From Octopus sinensis (taxonomy: Eukaryota): DNA of 64,000 nt. Positions 1 through 12,319 of this stretch are shown here, in pieces. How positions within the stretch are numbered: position 1 is the first letter of the stretch; the number at the start of each line of letters is the position of its first letter. Both the position numbers and the translations under genes were made by a program. Location: the NCBI RefSeq assembly GCF_006345805.1, contig NW_021834364.1, positions 1 to 64,000 on the forward strand, given 5' to 3'. The notes below the pieces were generated by a model. It saw only the letters and a list, made by a program, of their open reading frames with translations. It searched no databases and was not told the DNA's origin.

Positions 1-46
1 AATAATAATGATAATAATAACTAATAACAATAATAATAATAATAAC

Positions 47-111
<65 letters not shown>

Positions 112-116
112 CGATA

Positions 117-291
117 AAATTTTGGCAGATGGCCAGCAAGTTCGGGGTAAGGGATAAGTTGATTACATTGACCCCAGTGTTCAACTGGTACTCATTTTAT
201 TAACCTCGAAACGATAAAAAGCAAAGTCGACCTCGACGGAATTTAAATTCAGAACATAAAGACAAACGAAGTGTCGCGAAGTATTTTGCCC
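117..291 (-). mobile_element. SINE family A fragment (tail type 3)
   Basis: Diverged match to the core of the 5870-6100 copy (gtcgacctc, gattacattgaccccagtg, ctggtact); abuts (TAA)n at 1-110. Confidence 0.75.
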
Positions 292-320
292 TGCTTTTAA
301 TAATTACGATGACGATGATC

Positions 321-514
321 TTTTCTACTATAGGCACAAGGCCTGACAGTTTGTCGATTACATCAACCCCAGTGTTTAATTGGTACTTATTTCATCGATC
401 CACGAAAGGATGAAAGGCAAAATCGATCTTCGCTGAATTCGTGCTCAACGTAAGAAAGAACGAAATGCCGCCAAGCATTTTGCCAGCGTGCTAACGGCTC
501 TGCCAGCATAACCC
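321..514 (-). mobile_element. SINE family A (tail type 2)
   Basis: ttttctactataggcacaaggcc tail, conserved core, and head ending ctgccagc; followed by (TAA)n. Confidence 0.8.
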
Positions 515-587
515 CTAACTAATAATAATAATAATAATAATAATGATAATAATAATAATAATAATGATGATGATGATGATGATGATG

Positions 588-667
<80 letters not shown>

Positions 668-674
668 AATAATG

Positions 675-742
<68 letters not shown>

Positions 743-770
743 AATAAATAAATACATAAATAAATAAATG
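515..770. repeat. (TAA)n/(TGA)n/(TAAA)n compound microsatellite
   Basis: Directly visible tandem trinucleotide and tetranucleotide tracts. Confidence 0.95.
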
Positions 771-1061
771 TTGTTTTTGATTTAGTTCTTGTTTTTATTT
801 TCCTTCCCATTTTTATAAATAGGATTTAGTTGCGGTTGCACCATATTCATTCTAATTACTCCTGTTAATTAACCGCCAAGCCTTCTCTTACAAATACCAT
901 AAAAATAGAGATTGTGACTATTCTGAGTTAAAAATACACAGTGAGTTATTGGAGTATGCGTGTGCTTTTTTTTTTGTGCGTGTGTGCATGTGTGCGTGCG
1001 TGTGCATGCGTGCGAGACTACGTGTGTGTATCATAGCTGACAAACAATATGTGTGTGTGTA

Positions 1062-1408
1062 ATCCTTCATTTGTTTCAGTCGTTAGACTGCAGGCATTCT
1101 GGAGCACTGCCTTCAAGAATTTCTAGTGGTAGAAATCGTTCCTATTACTTATTTTTGTCAAAATCCTGGAATGGTAAGTTACATGGATGTAAACACAACA
1201 ACATCGACAAACACAGATATTAAGACATACACACAAATGTATATATATATATATATATATGTATGTATTTACAGTATATACGACGACTTCTGTCACTTTT
1301 CCTAACCATATACACTCGCAAGGGTTTGGTTGGGCCGAGGCTATAGTAATTGACACTTGCCCAAAGTGTCACACAGTGGAACCAAACCCGGAACATGTGA
1401 TTGTACAT
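1062..1408 (-). mobile_element. SINE family B, old diverged copy
   Basis: Reverse-complement similarity to 61480-61904 (gggccgaggctatagt, gacacttgcccaa, gtttcagtc), with an internal (TA)n spacer. Confidence 0.7.
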
Positions 1409-1496
1409 AAATACATACCTACATACAACATAATACATACATACAACTACATATATATATATATACACATAACAATATACAAATCTATGTGTTGTG

Positions 1497-1541
<45 letters not shown>

Positions 1542-1559
1542 TATATATATATATATATA

Positions 1560-1591
<32 letters not shown>

Positions 1592-1622
1592 CATATTATA
1601 CATAATATACATATATACATAG

Positions 1623-1654
<32 letters not shown>

Positions 1655-1693
1655 CGTTTCTCTCTCTCTCTCTCTCTCTCTCTGTCTGTCCTG

Positions 1694-1740
<47 letters not shown>

Positions 1741-1831
1741 GTATACTTGGATGATCATAAGCAGACACTTACTGAAACGTGAAACAATTGTGGAGCAGAA
1801 TATTACTACACTTGCAGTGTGGATACATTTT

Positions 1832-1865
<34 letters not shown>

Positions 1866-2159
1866 AGTTCAGGCCCCAGGTCAGCTTGATGGAGTAGAAC
1901 CATGAATTATCAAGATCAAGAGGTTTCAGAATTGATCATATCCAATCCATTTTTATTGAAGGAAAGACCGTAGGGTGTGATTCAATGGTTTTGGTGAAAG
2001 TAGTGATGAAAAGAAATTGCCGTTATTTGTAGCTGCCGAGTGACCACCTAGGCATTCTCTGGTTTGCACCCACTCTTATACATCATATTATATTAATTCC
2101 TCTCCTTTCAACTTTTCCCTGATGATTGTAAGTTTTGCAGGCGCAGACCAACAGTAGCC

Positions 2160-2338
2160 CCTAGCCACTACACACTCTTTATTTTCTCTCCTTGTTTCTT
2201 TCTGTGTTCCTTTCTGTGGAAGAGCGTAGGCCCGAAACATTAAAGACTTTTCCACTTCCCGAGCGTTAAACTAATGCATCTGTTTGTTGTCTACACCAAC
2301 TGCCTTCGTCTTTGTTTTTTTTCTTTGTGAATTCTCCC

Positions 2339-2342
<4 letters not shown>
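2160..2342 (+). mobile_element. Repeat family P (putative Penelope-like terminal fragment)
   Basis: Also present at 44636-44905 (-) and 55045-55225 (+): tagccactacac...ctgtggaagagcgtagg..cgaaac..taaagacttt...; carries a hammerhead-like motif. The Penelope assignment is inference. Confidence 0.65.
2210..2245 (+). ncRNA. Minimal hammerhead-like motif, A6U core, degenerate copy
   Basis: cttt-CTGTGGA-a-gagc(gtag)gccc-GAA-acat-t-aaag; this copy has one stem II mismatch and one stem III substitution relative to the other two copies. Confidence 0.35.
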
Positions 2343-2371
<29 letters not shown>

Positions 2372-2406
2372 GTGTAGGTAGATAGATGTATATATATATA
2401 TATATG

Positions 2407-2451
<45 letters not shown>

Positions 2452-2500
2452 CTAAATATATATATATATATACATACATATAAAATACATACATACATAC

Positions 2501-2558
<58 letters not shown>

Positions 2559-2572
2559 CACACACACACACC

Positions 2573-2615
<43 letters not shown>

Positions 2616-2625
2616 ATATATATGT

Positions 2626-2830
2626 CTTGTCTTTTACTTGTTCCAGTCACTTGCCTGCAGCCTTGAAGAATTTTAGACGAAGGAATCGGCACCAGTGTTT
2701 ATTGTTTCACACCTCGTGCTTATTCCATCGTTCTCTGAGCTAAACCAGAGAGTTACAGAAACGTAAACACACTAACACCGGTTGTGAATTGGTGTTAGGA
2801 AACAAACACAGACAAAAAAAAGACTCATAC
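2626..2830 (-). mobile_element. SINE family B, 3' half
   Basis: Diverged reverse complement of the family B 3' region (cttgttccagtca, acgtaaacacactaacaccggttgt, acaaacacagacaa). Confidence 0.6.
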
Positions 2831-3184
2831 ATAGATATAAAGGCGCATGCATATATATATATATATATATATATTCTTATATACATATAGAAATACATAT
2901 GTAAATTATAAACACACACACACACACATTTATGTATGTATTATGCATGTATATGTGCGTATGTGTGTGTGTGCATCAGGCTTTGAAAGTGAAATAATCA
3001 CCAGGCTATGCTGCTGCTTGATTCGTCTGTAGTCAATGCCACGCCCACTTACGGCTGCTGACAACAATCGCCGCTCTTATGAAGGCGAGTGTTTGTGTGT
3101 GTGTGTGTGTTGATGAGCAAAGATACGAGTGACTGACAAGACGAGTTACAGTGTTGTAAACTCGTCTTCTGGTCGTCGGATTTG

Positions 3185-3224
3185 TCGTTATTGTTGTTGT
3201 TGGTGTTGTTGGTGTTTGTTGTTG

Positions 3225-3263
<39 letters not shown>

Positions 3264-3300
3264 GTTGATGATGATGATGATGATGTTGATGTTGATGATG
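3185..3300. repeat. (GTT)n/(GAT)n microsatellite
   Basis: Visible tandem tracts; they explain the polyC/polyQ/polyD ORFs. Confidence 0.9.
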
Positions 3301-4120
3301 AAATTATGGTTGTTGCCGTTGTTTGGCTCCAGAACAGCCCTGAAATATGAAACCTATGATCATAGATACTCAAGCCGTAACCATCACTTCTTATCAGACA
3401 GAGGAACCATTCCTCTCCGTTCTTCATATCTTCCTTAACATTTTATTTTCTCTCAAGAAATTAAGGTATAATTAGAAAAAAGAGATTTGACAGCTATTTT
3501 TAGCATGATGGGCAGCCGTACGGTCGATCTCTTTGGCTTGCAGTATTGCACTATTGTAGTTGTAGGTCAGTTTAAGTTATGCAGACCTGTAATCACCACC
3601 GAAATTCCGTCCGTGCTGAACAATCACGTCTTTTGCTTTGTATATATAAAACCTGGACCCTATTATCCAACTCATTTTTAAGACGGAAGGGTGTAATTTT
3701 AGGGAGATTTCGCTGCTATTTCAAACATTTCCAACCACTGTATTGCAGCTTTGTCATTGGTTAGTCAGTGCATATGATGGAAGGTGAGGAAGATGTCTAT
3801 TGACTGAACGTTTAACTGTCGTAAAGTGTGCAAGGTCTTGTTAATGCAGTTAGGTTGTAAGTGTGTTTGTGAATATGTATGTATGTACGTTTGTATGTAT
3901 GTATGTATGTATGTATGTATGTATGTATGTATGTATGTATGTATGTATGTATGTATGCATGTATGTATGTATGTATGTATATATGTATATGCGTCTGTGT
4001 TCTCCCCCCCCACTCTCACTGTGAGAAAGATAGTATGTCTGTGTGTATGGCATAGAAAGGGAGAGAATGCCTGGTATTTGTGTATGAAGGACTGTGCCTG
4101 TATATGAGAGAATGATACAG

Positions 4121-4159
<39 letters not shown>

Positions 4160-4769
4160 TAGATAGATAGATACAATCAATAATATTTTTAAATCTTCGA
4201 ATTTTTTTCTTAATATACTAGACCATTGGTTGAAATTGATGTTAATTGATTGATATCAATTTCTACCCTCATTATTTAATTTAGGTAGATAGATAGACAG
4301 ACAGACAGACAGAGAGAAATAAGCAGAAGGAGCGAGAAAGAGGAAGAAAAAAATAGAGAAAGGGAGAGAATATATGTGGTATGAAAGACTGTGTGCTTGC
4401 GAGAGTCAGGGTACACCTGTGTATGTGTATATAAGTGGGTGTATGAATGTATGCTGTTCCTACTTTGTCTTCTTTCAATCCTGGTTGTTATAAACTTACA
4501 ATCAACGACGTCTAAGCTGAATCCATCCGGTTTTTATTGCACAATGTATCGAGGGTCACATTATCCAAAGTGTTCGTCCTTATTTTTAATTGAGATATTG
4601 TGTAATTTAAGAAAGACTGGGTTTTAATATAACAGATCGTTTTACTGTGAGGGGGCCTCTCCTTAATTCGTATGAGAACGTTTATGTATGTATGTGTGTG
4701 CCTGTACAAAAGTATGTGCGTATGTATCCATATATGTATGTATTTATGTCTCTGTATATCTACGTACAT

Positions 4770-5322
4770 GTCAGGTCACTTTCGAGTGCTACTGGTGACA
4801 TGTAACCCAGTACAACCTGTTGCATGGTCGGGTCGTCGGCGACTAAACCGGCAACCCCACCAAGCTTGCTTGGTGAGGAGGATGTTTATTGGACACCCTG
4901 CTGGATGAAAAGCAAAACCCGTCAAAGGGCGGAGTAACTCTTGAGAGTCAACGGTCATCCAATAAATATCTTAAGGCTGTATCATGCGCGGGGACATAGA
5001 AATAATCGGACTGAATACCCGATCGCGCGGTTAAACCATTGGGAGTGAAGGACTCCTAGCATTTGTTAGGGCATCCTTTTAGGAGAAGATAACTCAGGTA
5101 ACTGGGATAACTCCGACATAAAACCTGCGGCTCAGTGGTTACCGATGATGTTGACTTGTGCTTCTTTTCGGATTATGGCTGCTGTTGCTTAGTGAGTGGG
5201 ATTGACTCAGTGCACAGCCTCTCCTCACTTTAAAAAAATCTTCTTGCACAGGCATTGCATGATAACAACATTGATTAAGCTTCGTGCAATGGTCATACTC
5301 GATAACGAGGGGGCAGCCACCA
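4770..5322. other. GC-richer ~550-bp segment, probable interspersed repeat (possibly a LINE 5' UTR)
   Basis: Composition and CpG content contrast sharply with the flanks; no recognisable ORF. Identity is inference only. Confidence 0.3.
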
Positions 5323-5695
5323 TGTATGCTTGTATGTATGTATGTATGTATGTATGTATGTATGTATGTATGTATGTATGTATGTATGTATGTATGTATG
5401 TATGTATGTATGGGTGTATGTGTGCATGTATGAGTATCTAAGGAGATTGATAGAGTTTAGACATACACGGATGCGGACACGTGTATGAGAATGTGTACAT
5501 GTGCATATATGTAACTACTTGTGCTTTTCTTTGTCACGATGTTCCTTCCCCTGTCTCTCATACACTCTCTCACACACACACATAAATAAACACACTTTAT
5601 ATGTGTGTATGAGTGAGGGGACGTATCTCTCTCTCTCTCTCTTTCTTTCTTTCTCTATGTATGTCTATATATATATATATATATATATATAAAGG

Positions 5696-5739
<44 letters not shown>

Positions 5740-6339
5740 TACACATATATACATATATACAGACACACACATACGTATATATATATATATATATACACAC
5801 ATATATATGTTTGTGCGTGTGTTTGTGTGTTTGTGTGTGTATATATATGTACAAGCATATATTTTTAAAGGCGGCGAGCTGGCAGAAACGTTAACGCGCA
5901 GGGCGAAATGCTTAGCGGTATTTCGTCTGTCGTTACGTTATGAGTTCGAATTCCGCCGAGGTTGACTTTGTCTTTCATCCTTTCGGGGTCGATAAATAAA
6001 GTACCAGTTTCGCACTGGGGTCGATGTAATCGACTTAATCCCTTTGTCTGTCCTTGTTTGTCCCCTCTATGTTTAGCCCCTTGTGGGTAGTAAAGAAATA
6101 TATATATGTACAAGCACACACACACATATATGTGTGTGTTTACACATATGTACGTATGTGTGTGTGTATGTATGTACGTACGTATGTACATGCACACACA
6201 CATAAACACACGCATATATGTGTGTGTGTGCTTGTACATATATATACACACACAAACACACAAACACACGCACAAACATATATATGTGTGTGTATAATAT
6301 ATATATATATATACGTATGTGTGTGTCTGTATATATGTA

Positions 6340-6373
<34 letters not shown>

Positions 6374-6711
6374 CATACCTTTATATATATATTATATATA
6401 GACATAATAGAGAAAGAGAGAGAGATACGTCCCCTCACTCAATACACACATAAAAGTGTGTTTATTTATGCGTGTGTGTGAGAGAGTGTATGAGAGACAG
6501 GGGAAGGAACATCGTGACAAAGAAAAGCACAAGTAGTTACATATATGCACATATGTACACATTCTCATACACCGTGTCCGCATCGTGTATGTCTAAACTC
6601 TATCAATCTCCTTAGATACTCATACATGCACACATACACCCATACATACATACATACATACATACAATACATACATAGTACGTAGATATATGGTGGCTGC
6701 CCCCTCGTTAA
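5302..6711. repeat. ~1.4-kb inverted duplication (palindrome) interrupted by a SINE
   Basis: 5302-5857 matches the reverse complement of ~6230-6711, including unique sequence (5411-5630 vs 6420-6641, few differences). The ORF track gives the same peptide HICNYLCFSLSRCSFPCLSYTLSHT on opposite strands. Centre near 6175-6185. Confidence 0.9.
5870..6100 (+). mobile_element. SINE family A, full length (tail type 1)
   Basis: Head ggcggcgagctggcaga with B-box-like gagttcgaattcc; tail gtttagccccttgtgggtagtaaagaaata; 17-bp direct repeat atatatatgtacaagca at 5841-5857 and 6100-6116. Confidence 0.9.
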
Positions 6712-6734
6712 GGGTATCCTTTAAGGGTATCCTT

Positions 6735-6930
6735 AAAGTTCTTGGCTTTGGGTAAATGAAAATACAGTAGGATCAGTTGATCATGATTTTATTCAACATA
6801 TCCCCCTCTCAGATTCCCACATTTATTGCAATAGTCCTTCAATTTTTCTAAGCCCTTCAAAAATACTTAGAACGTTGGGCTTCCAGCCAGGCCATTCTCG
6901 ACACCCTTAATTCCAGAAATCCTTCAGCAC
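6735..6930 (+). mobile_element. Mariner-like MITE family E, 5' TIR damaged
   Basis: Matches 16485-16704 and 53707-53876 (ggctttgggtaaa.gaaaatacag..ggatcag...ttcagca). Confidence 0.7.
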
Positions 6931-6943
6931 TGTCTATATATAT

Positions 6944-6977
<34 letters not shown>

Positions 6978-6989
6978 ATATAATATATA

Positions 6990-7028
<39 letters not shown>

Positions 7029-7040
7029 TGTATATATATG

Positions 7041-7087
<47 letters not shown>

Positions 7088-7123
7088 GATATTTTTTAAG
7101 GAGATAGAGTTCCTTTCTGATAG

Positions 7124-7157
<34 letters not shown>

Positions 7158-7645
7158 GCATGACGTTAACGGAATGACCTGAAAGCAAACCAGGGGTACG
7201 TAATTGTATATAATACATATATATTTTTAGGCTGGACACACTTATCTTTTTACTAGATAAGATACATGTACAAAACAAACCTCAGAAAGAAAATAATAAA
7301 CGTATATTCGTTTTATCAGCAGGCTGAAATAGATGTTTACTTAAAGTAGCTATGTTTATATACGTTCACGGCTATACATACACACATACATACATACATA
7401 CATACATACATACATACATACATACATACATACATGCATACATACATGCATGCATACATACATACGTACAAACATACATACATACCTGCATACATATATA
7501 CATATAAACATACATACATACATACATATATACATACATACATACGTAGAAACATACATACATACCTGCATACAACATTACATACATACATCATGCATAC
7601 ATACGTACATATGTATGAACTCTGCATATATGTATGTTAATATAT

Positions 7646-7704
<59 letters not shown>

Positions 7705-7734
7705 CATACACATACAAACATACACACAGCACAG

Positions 7735-7787
<53 letters not shown>

Positions 7788-7844
7788 CATATATACATAT
7801 GCCGTTAGAATAATTTCCGGACAATAATTACTGGAAATTATCTA

Positions 7845-7935
7845 TTGGGGTCAATTTGTTCGAATGACTAACCTTAGAATGTGGCGCTCCAGCATGGACG
7901 CAATCTTATGACAGAAACAAGTGAATGACTAAAAG
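7845..7935 (+). mobile_element. SINE family B, 3' end
   Basis: ggggtcaatttgttcga...gctccagcatgg...gaaacaag matches the family B terminus. Confidence 0.6.
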
Positions 7936-8081
7936 GACGAAAAACCAGTAATTATGAATAAGTGCTTCAAAGTTTTAGTTTCCCTATTTAGGAGACATAT
8001 TCGTATTTATAGCTGTAACCATTGGTACAGTTTGTAAGCAGAACGGTAAAATGATTTGAAGAAAAGAAAGGCCAAAATATC

Positions 8082-8252
8082 TTTCAAATTTTGACACAAG
8101 AAAAGCAGTTTTAAATGTCGAGGTTAGTCGATTACATTGATCCCAGTACTTGATTGGTGCTTTATTTTATGGATCCTGAAGTGATGGAGAGTGAAGGCGA
8201 ATTTCAGCTCAGAGCTTTAGGCCAGAAGAAATGCCGCTAAGCATTCTGCCAG
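8082..8252 (-). mobile_element. SINE family A, diverged (tail type 3)
   Basis: tttcaaattttgacacaag tail, gtcgattacattgatcccagt core, aaatgccgctaagcatt head region. Confidence 0.65.
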
Positions 8253-8892
8253 TAAACCGTCTTAGAGAAAGGACGAAATGTAATAAATGCGTCTTATTGG
8301 CAGAACCAAAAAAATGAAAAACAATAGCCAAAATTTAAACACAATCAATCTGATATTGTTGTTTGGATTCACAAAATGAAATCATGCTGCCCACTTTCGG
8401 TGAATGTGATGAAAAAAAATACAAAGAAAGAAAACATCTATGAAACAGTGATGAGAAGTTTGCAAATATTATACCCCAAAATACACAGTCAGCTTCATAT
8501 CTGTTGTTGTGGAGCGACAGTTTATATCGGCCTACCTGTTTAAAATTAGAACAGAACTTAGGTTTTCGAAGAAAGAATGTCGGTCCTTAGTTCAAACGCT
8601 AAGGCTGTTACACATTTGGGACACTATGAAAATGAAATTTTAAAGAGCTTGGAATAATGGTTAAGATTAGGGCTAGAGTTAGGGCAGAGGCCACCTGGAA
8701 GAAATTAGGAATGAACATGTATTCTTGAAGAAACAACAGAACGCTGTTTTTAAATTCTTACTCTACAGTTGATCACGTTATATGAGAAAATAACAACTTC
8801 GAAGACCTCCTAAGAGATTAAACGGGCAATAGCTGCGTGGGCCCCTGCATACGACCCTCTAAATAAAGCAGGAACGTACTGGGTATTGTATC

Positions 8893-9039
8893 CAGGCATG
8901 GGCAACATCTCTTTTGAGGAGGGCCGCAAGTGACATAACTAATCATAGGGCGAACTGCACAACTAAAAAGAATTCAAGATAGTTTTTCGTTAGGCGTGCC
9001 ATTCAAAAAGTACTGCGGGCCGCAATTTTCCCATCAGTG
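8893..9039. mobile_element. Possible hAT-like MITE relic
   Basis: Starts caggcatgggcaac and ends ttttcccatcagtg, with subterminal gggccgca twice; no clean TSD. Confidence 0.35.
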
Positions 9040-9363
9040 ATGTGGTCTCGTATGCATTGTCTGGAAAGATGACCTGATCGCAGCCAGAATGCCTTTGATA
9101 AGAAATCCGTTGAATCGAAGCAGATTTGAAGTTTAACAAAAACAATGAGAGAAACTCTATACCATTGCTCGACCTAATAATAATAGCAGTTAAATTTCTT
9201 TCAACCTTCTCTTTTCAGCCTTAAATAAGGACAGAACGCATTGGCAACTAGGGTTCATAAATAGAGAAGATGGTCACAGGTAGATTATTCTGCTTGATAA
9301 TTCTTGATCAGCTTCAACTGGAGTGGGCCTAAGCGCGAATCGAAGAATAACAACGAAAACGTG

Positions 9364-9420
<57 letters not shown>

Positions 9421-10561
9421 GATATATATATATATATATATAATATATATATATATTATATACATATACATACATATATATATAGTATGTATGTAAAACA
9501 TATACATACATACATATATATATATATGTATGTACAATTTACATACATACATACATACATAAATAAATATAAACATACGTGCACATATGACTATATAAAT
9601 ATATACATACACACGTGCACTTACATATATACATGCATACATGTATATATATGTATATCTGTATATCTTATATATATATATATATATATATATACGCGCG
9701 TGTGTGTGTGTGTTTGCGTGTATTAATGTATATACATGCATACATATACATACATACATACATACATACATACACACAACCTACCGTTGTTGCAACCCAC
9801 CAATTGCTCAGAACTATATCTGTTCTTCGATCAATCACATGACACATTTTTATTTATTTATTTATCATTATTTATTTTTCTTGTCGGCTTTCCTTCTTCA
9901 CCGTTCTGTTGCCATTTTCAGCCTTTGCATATGAGTGTGTGTTCGCGCTCATGCAAGCGTACGTGTGTGTGTGTGTGTGTGTGTTAGTGTATGCATATAT
10001 GTAACTAGCAGTGAGATAGACATGGGGAAATGTATAGAAACGCCGTGTTTGTGTGCTTGTTTGTGAGAGAAAGAGACGAAGGGAAAGATGAGTCTCTAAC
10101 CAAAAATTGTCCTTTACTGCCTGTGAAGAAAATTGCTTGCATTTCCACACAATTGATGGACATAGATGTATTTATTTATATTACTGTGTAGACTGTAGTT
10201 TATACATTCAACACGTTTCTGCTGATACTGACTCAATAATTGTTATTGTGAGAATTGGTAGAGCATCGGAGTAGAATTCAGTAACTATCTTTTATTGGTT
10301 TCCGTTATTGGATTTCGGCCATGCTAAGGCATCTTCTTCAAGCGTTTATTTCAGTTTGGTACTCATTACATAGGGTTCTATGCTTCGCAAATACCATAAG
10401 GGCACAGAAAGTGTGCCTAAAGCCAGCTGGAGACGATGATCTCCTGGGGCTAAAAGCTACAGTAACACCCACCCTTAGTGGTTAGCCATATTGAGATGGC
10501 TAGTATACTTTACGTTGTCGAGCGGTTACTGTTTACATCTCGTTCAGAGATTTATTATTGC

Positions 10562-10658
<97 letters not shown>

Positions 10659-10662
10659 GTGT

Positions 10663-10733
10663 GGAGGTGCAATGGCCTAGTGGTTAGGGCAGCGGACTCG
10701 CGGTCGTAGGATCGCGGTTTCGATTCCCAGACC
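10663..10733 (+). mobile_element. SINE family C, tRNA-like head only
   Basis: A-box tggcctagtgg and B-box ggtttcgattcc; near-identical to the heads at 13770, 35714 and 38685. Confidence 0.85.
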
Positions 10734-10862
10734 ACTCTTTCTTCTGTCGGCCTGCTCGCTTAGCCAGCGGGGTGGCGTCATTCGAAGGCTAAAACAATGC
10801 GAAGCGCATTGTGACCAGCGATGTGTAACTACATCTGGTGGACTGGTCGGTCACGTGTGATA
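10734..10862 (-). mobile_element. Repeat family D, 3' fragment
   Basis: Same sequence at 28458-28592 (same orientation) and 13287-13380 (opposite orientation). Confidence 0.8.
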
Positions 10863-10905
10863 TATAGATGTATATGTATATTATATATATATATATATAT
10901 ATATA

Positions 10906-10942
<37 letters not shown>

Positions 10943-11364
10943 GCCAAAACAAATTTCTGTATGTCACTGTGACAGACTTTGACTCCCTCTCTCATTATTC
11001 AGTAACTCTTCTTCTACTCCTCTTGCTGAGGTGAGAGTAATAGTAGGTATAGAAAAGGTGAGGGCAGTGGCAGATTGACACTTGAGATGGTAATGGGGTG
11101 ATAGTGATAGTATGAGCTGCAGTTGTGATAGAGGCGGAGGCGACGAGGATGATGGTGGTGGTGGTGGTGGTGGTAGCTGAGGCGGTCAAGCATGACGGTG
11201 GTAGTAAGGGACGTGAAAGACATTGGTGATGGTAATGGAGGGAAAGGCAGCGAAGTCAAAGGTGTTGTTGTTGGTGGCGTAAGAATCTGAATGGCGTGTA
11301 TGGCAGTTGTGGTGGCGATGGTGGTGGTGCTGGTGATGGTGATGGTTGAAAACAATCAACAGAA

Positions 11365-11402
<38 letters not shown>

Positions 11403-11710
11403 TAGACAGAAGAAAAAACTGTACTGACCCCCGAATGAGAGGACAAAAATGGTTGTTTATCATGAAGCTTTGCGATGAGTTCCAAGTCCACATATTATAT
11501 CATTGTTTAGATGCAAATTGTTCATTGCTTGGAAAATATTGGTCAAGTTTAATAAAATTTAATATGTACTCAATGCATGAGTGTCATTATTGGGCTCAAA
11601 GCCCGATGAAGAGTCCCCACAAGAGCTAGCTTAAAAGTCGCCCGATAGGATAGTTTCAGCTAGTACATATATAATCTGCATTATATAATATATATGTATA
11701 TACATGTAGA

Positions 11711-11759
<49 letters not shown>

Positions 11760-11769
11760 ATCCAAACAA

Positions 11770-11975
11770 AAAGGCAAAAGAAAACTGAAGAAACACAAAC
11801 GCGAGGACGTGGAACAAATATAGTATTATTGGACGCTCAGGAAAAGAAGGAAGAAGGAGGGTTAACGTTTCGAGCGGAGCTCTTCGTCGGAAACATAGGA
11901 GAAGGAAAGATCAAGAGAAGGGAAGACAGAGGAGAAAATCGCCAACGGTACACACACGGTCACATATATATCTTT
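11770..11975 (-). mobile_element. Repeat Q, putative Penelope-like fragment with hammerhead-like motif at 11859-11895
   Basis: Minus strand: gttt-CCGACGA-a-gagc(tcc)gctc-GAA-acgt-t-aacc. Confidence 0.45.
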
Positions 11976-12158
11976 TAAATTTGTCTATTTATTTTAATTT
12001 TTTAAATTTCATTTTATCTAGTTTCAGCTCACGAGCTGTGGCCATGCTGGGGCACCGCCATTCGGTGTTGCTACATGATTTTACTTCACGAATGCTTTTT
12101 AGCAATTGTCATTTGGTGCATCTTTTGTTATTATTTTATATCTATATATACGTAAACA

Positions 12159-12206
<48 letters not shown>

Positions 12207-12211
12207 ATCTA

Positions 12212-12249
<38 letters not shown>

Positions 12250-12280
12250 CTCTCTCTCTTCTCTCTCTCTCTCTCTCTCA

Positions 12281-12319
<39 letters not shown>

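Noticed and set aside
10663-10733. tRNA genes at SINE heads (also 13770, 35714, 38685)
   Set aside because: A and B boxes are present, but no clean cloverleaf or acceptor stem forms, and most continue into a shared repeat body; they are SINE heads.
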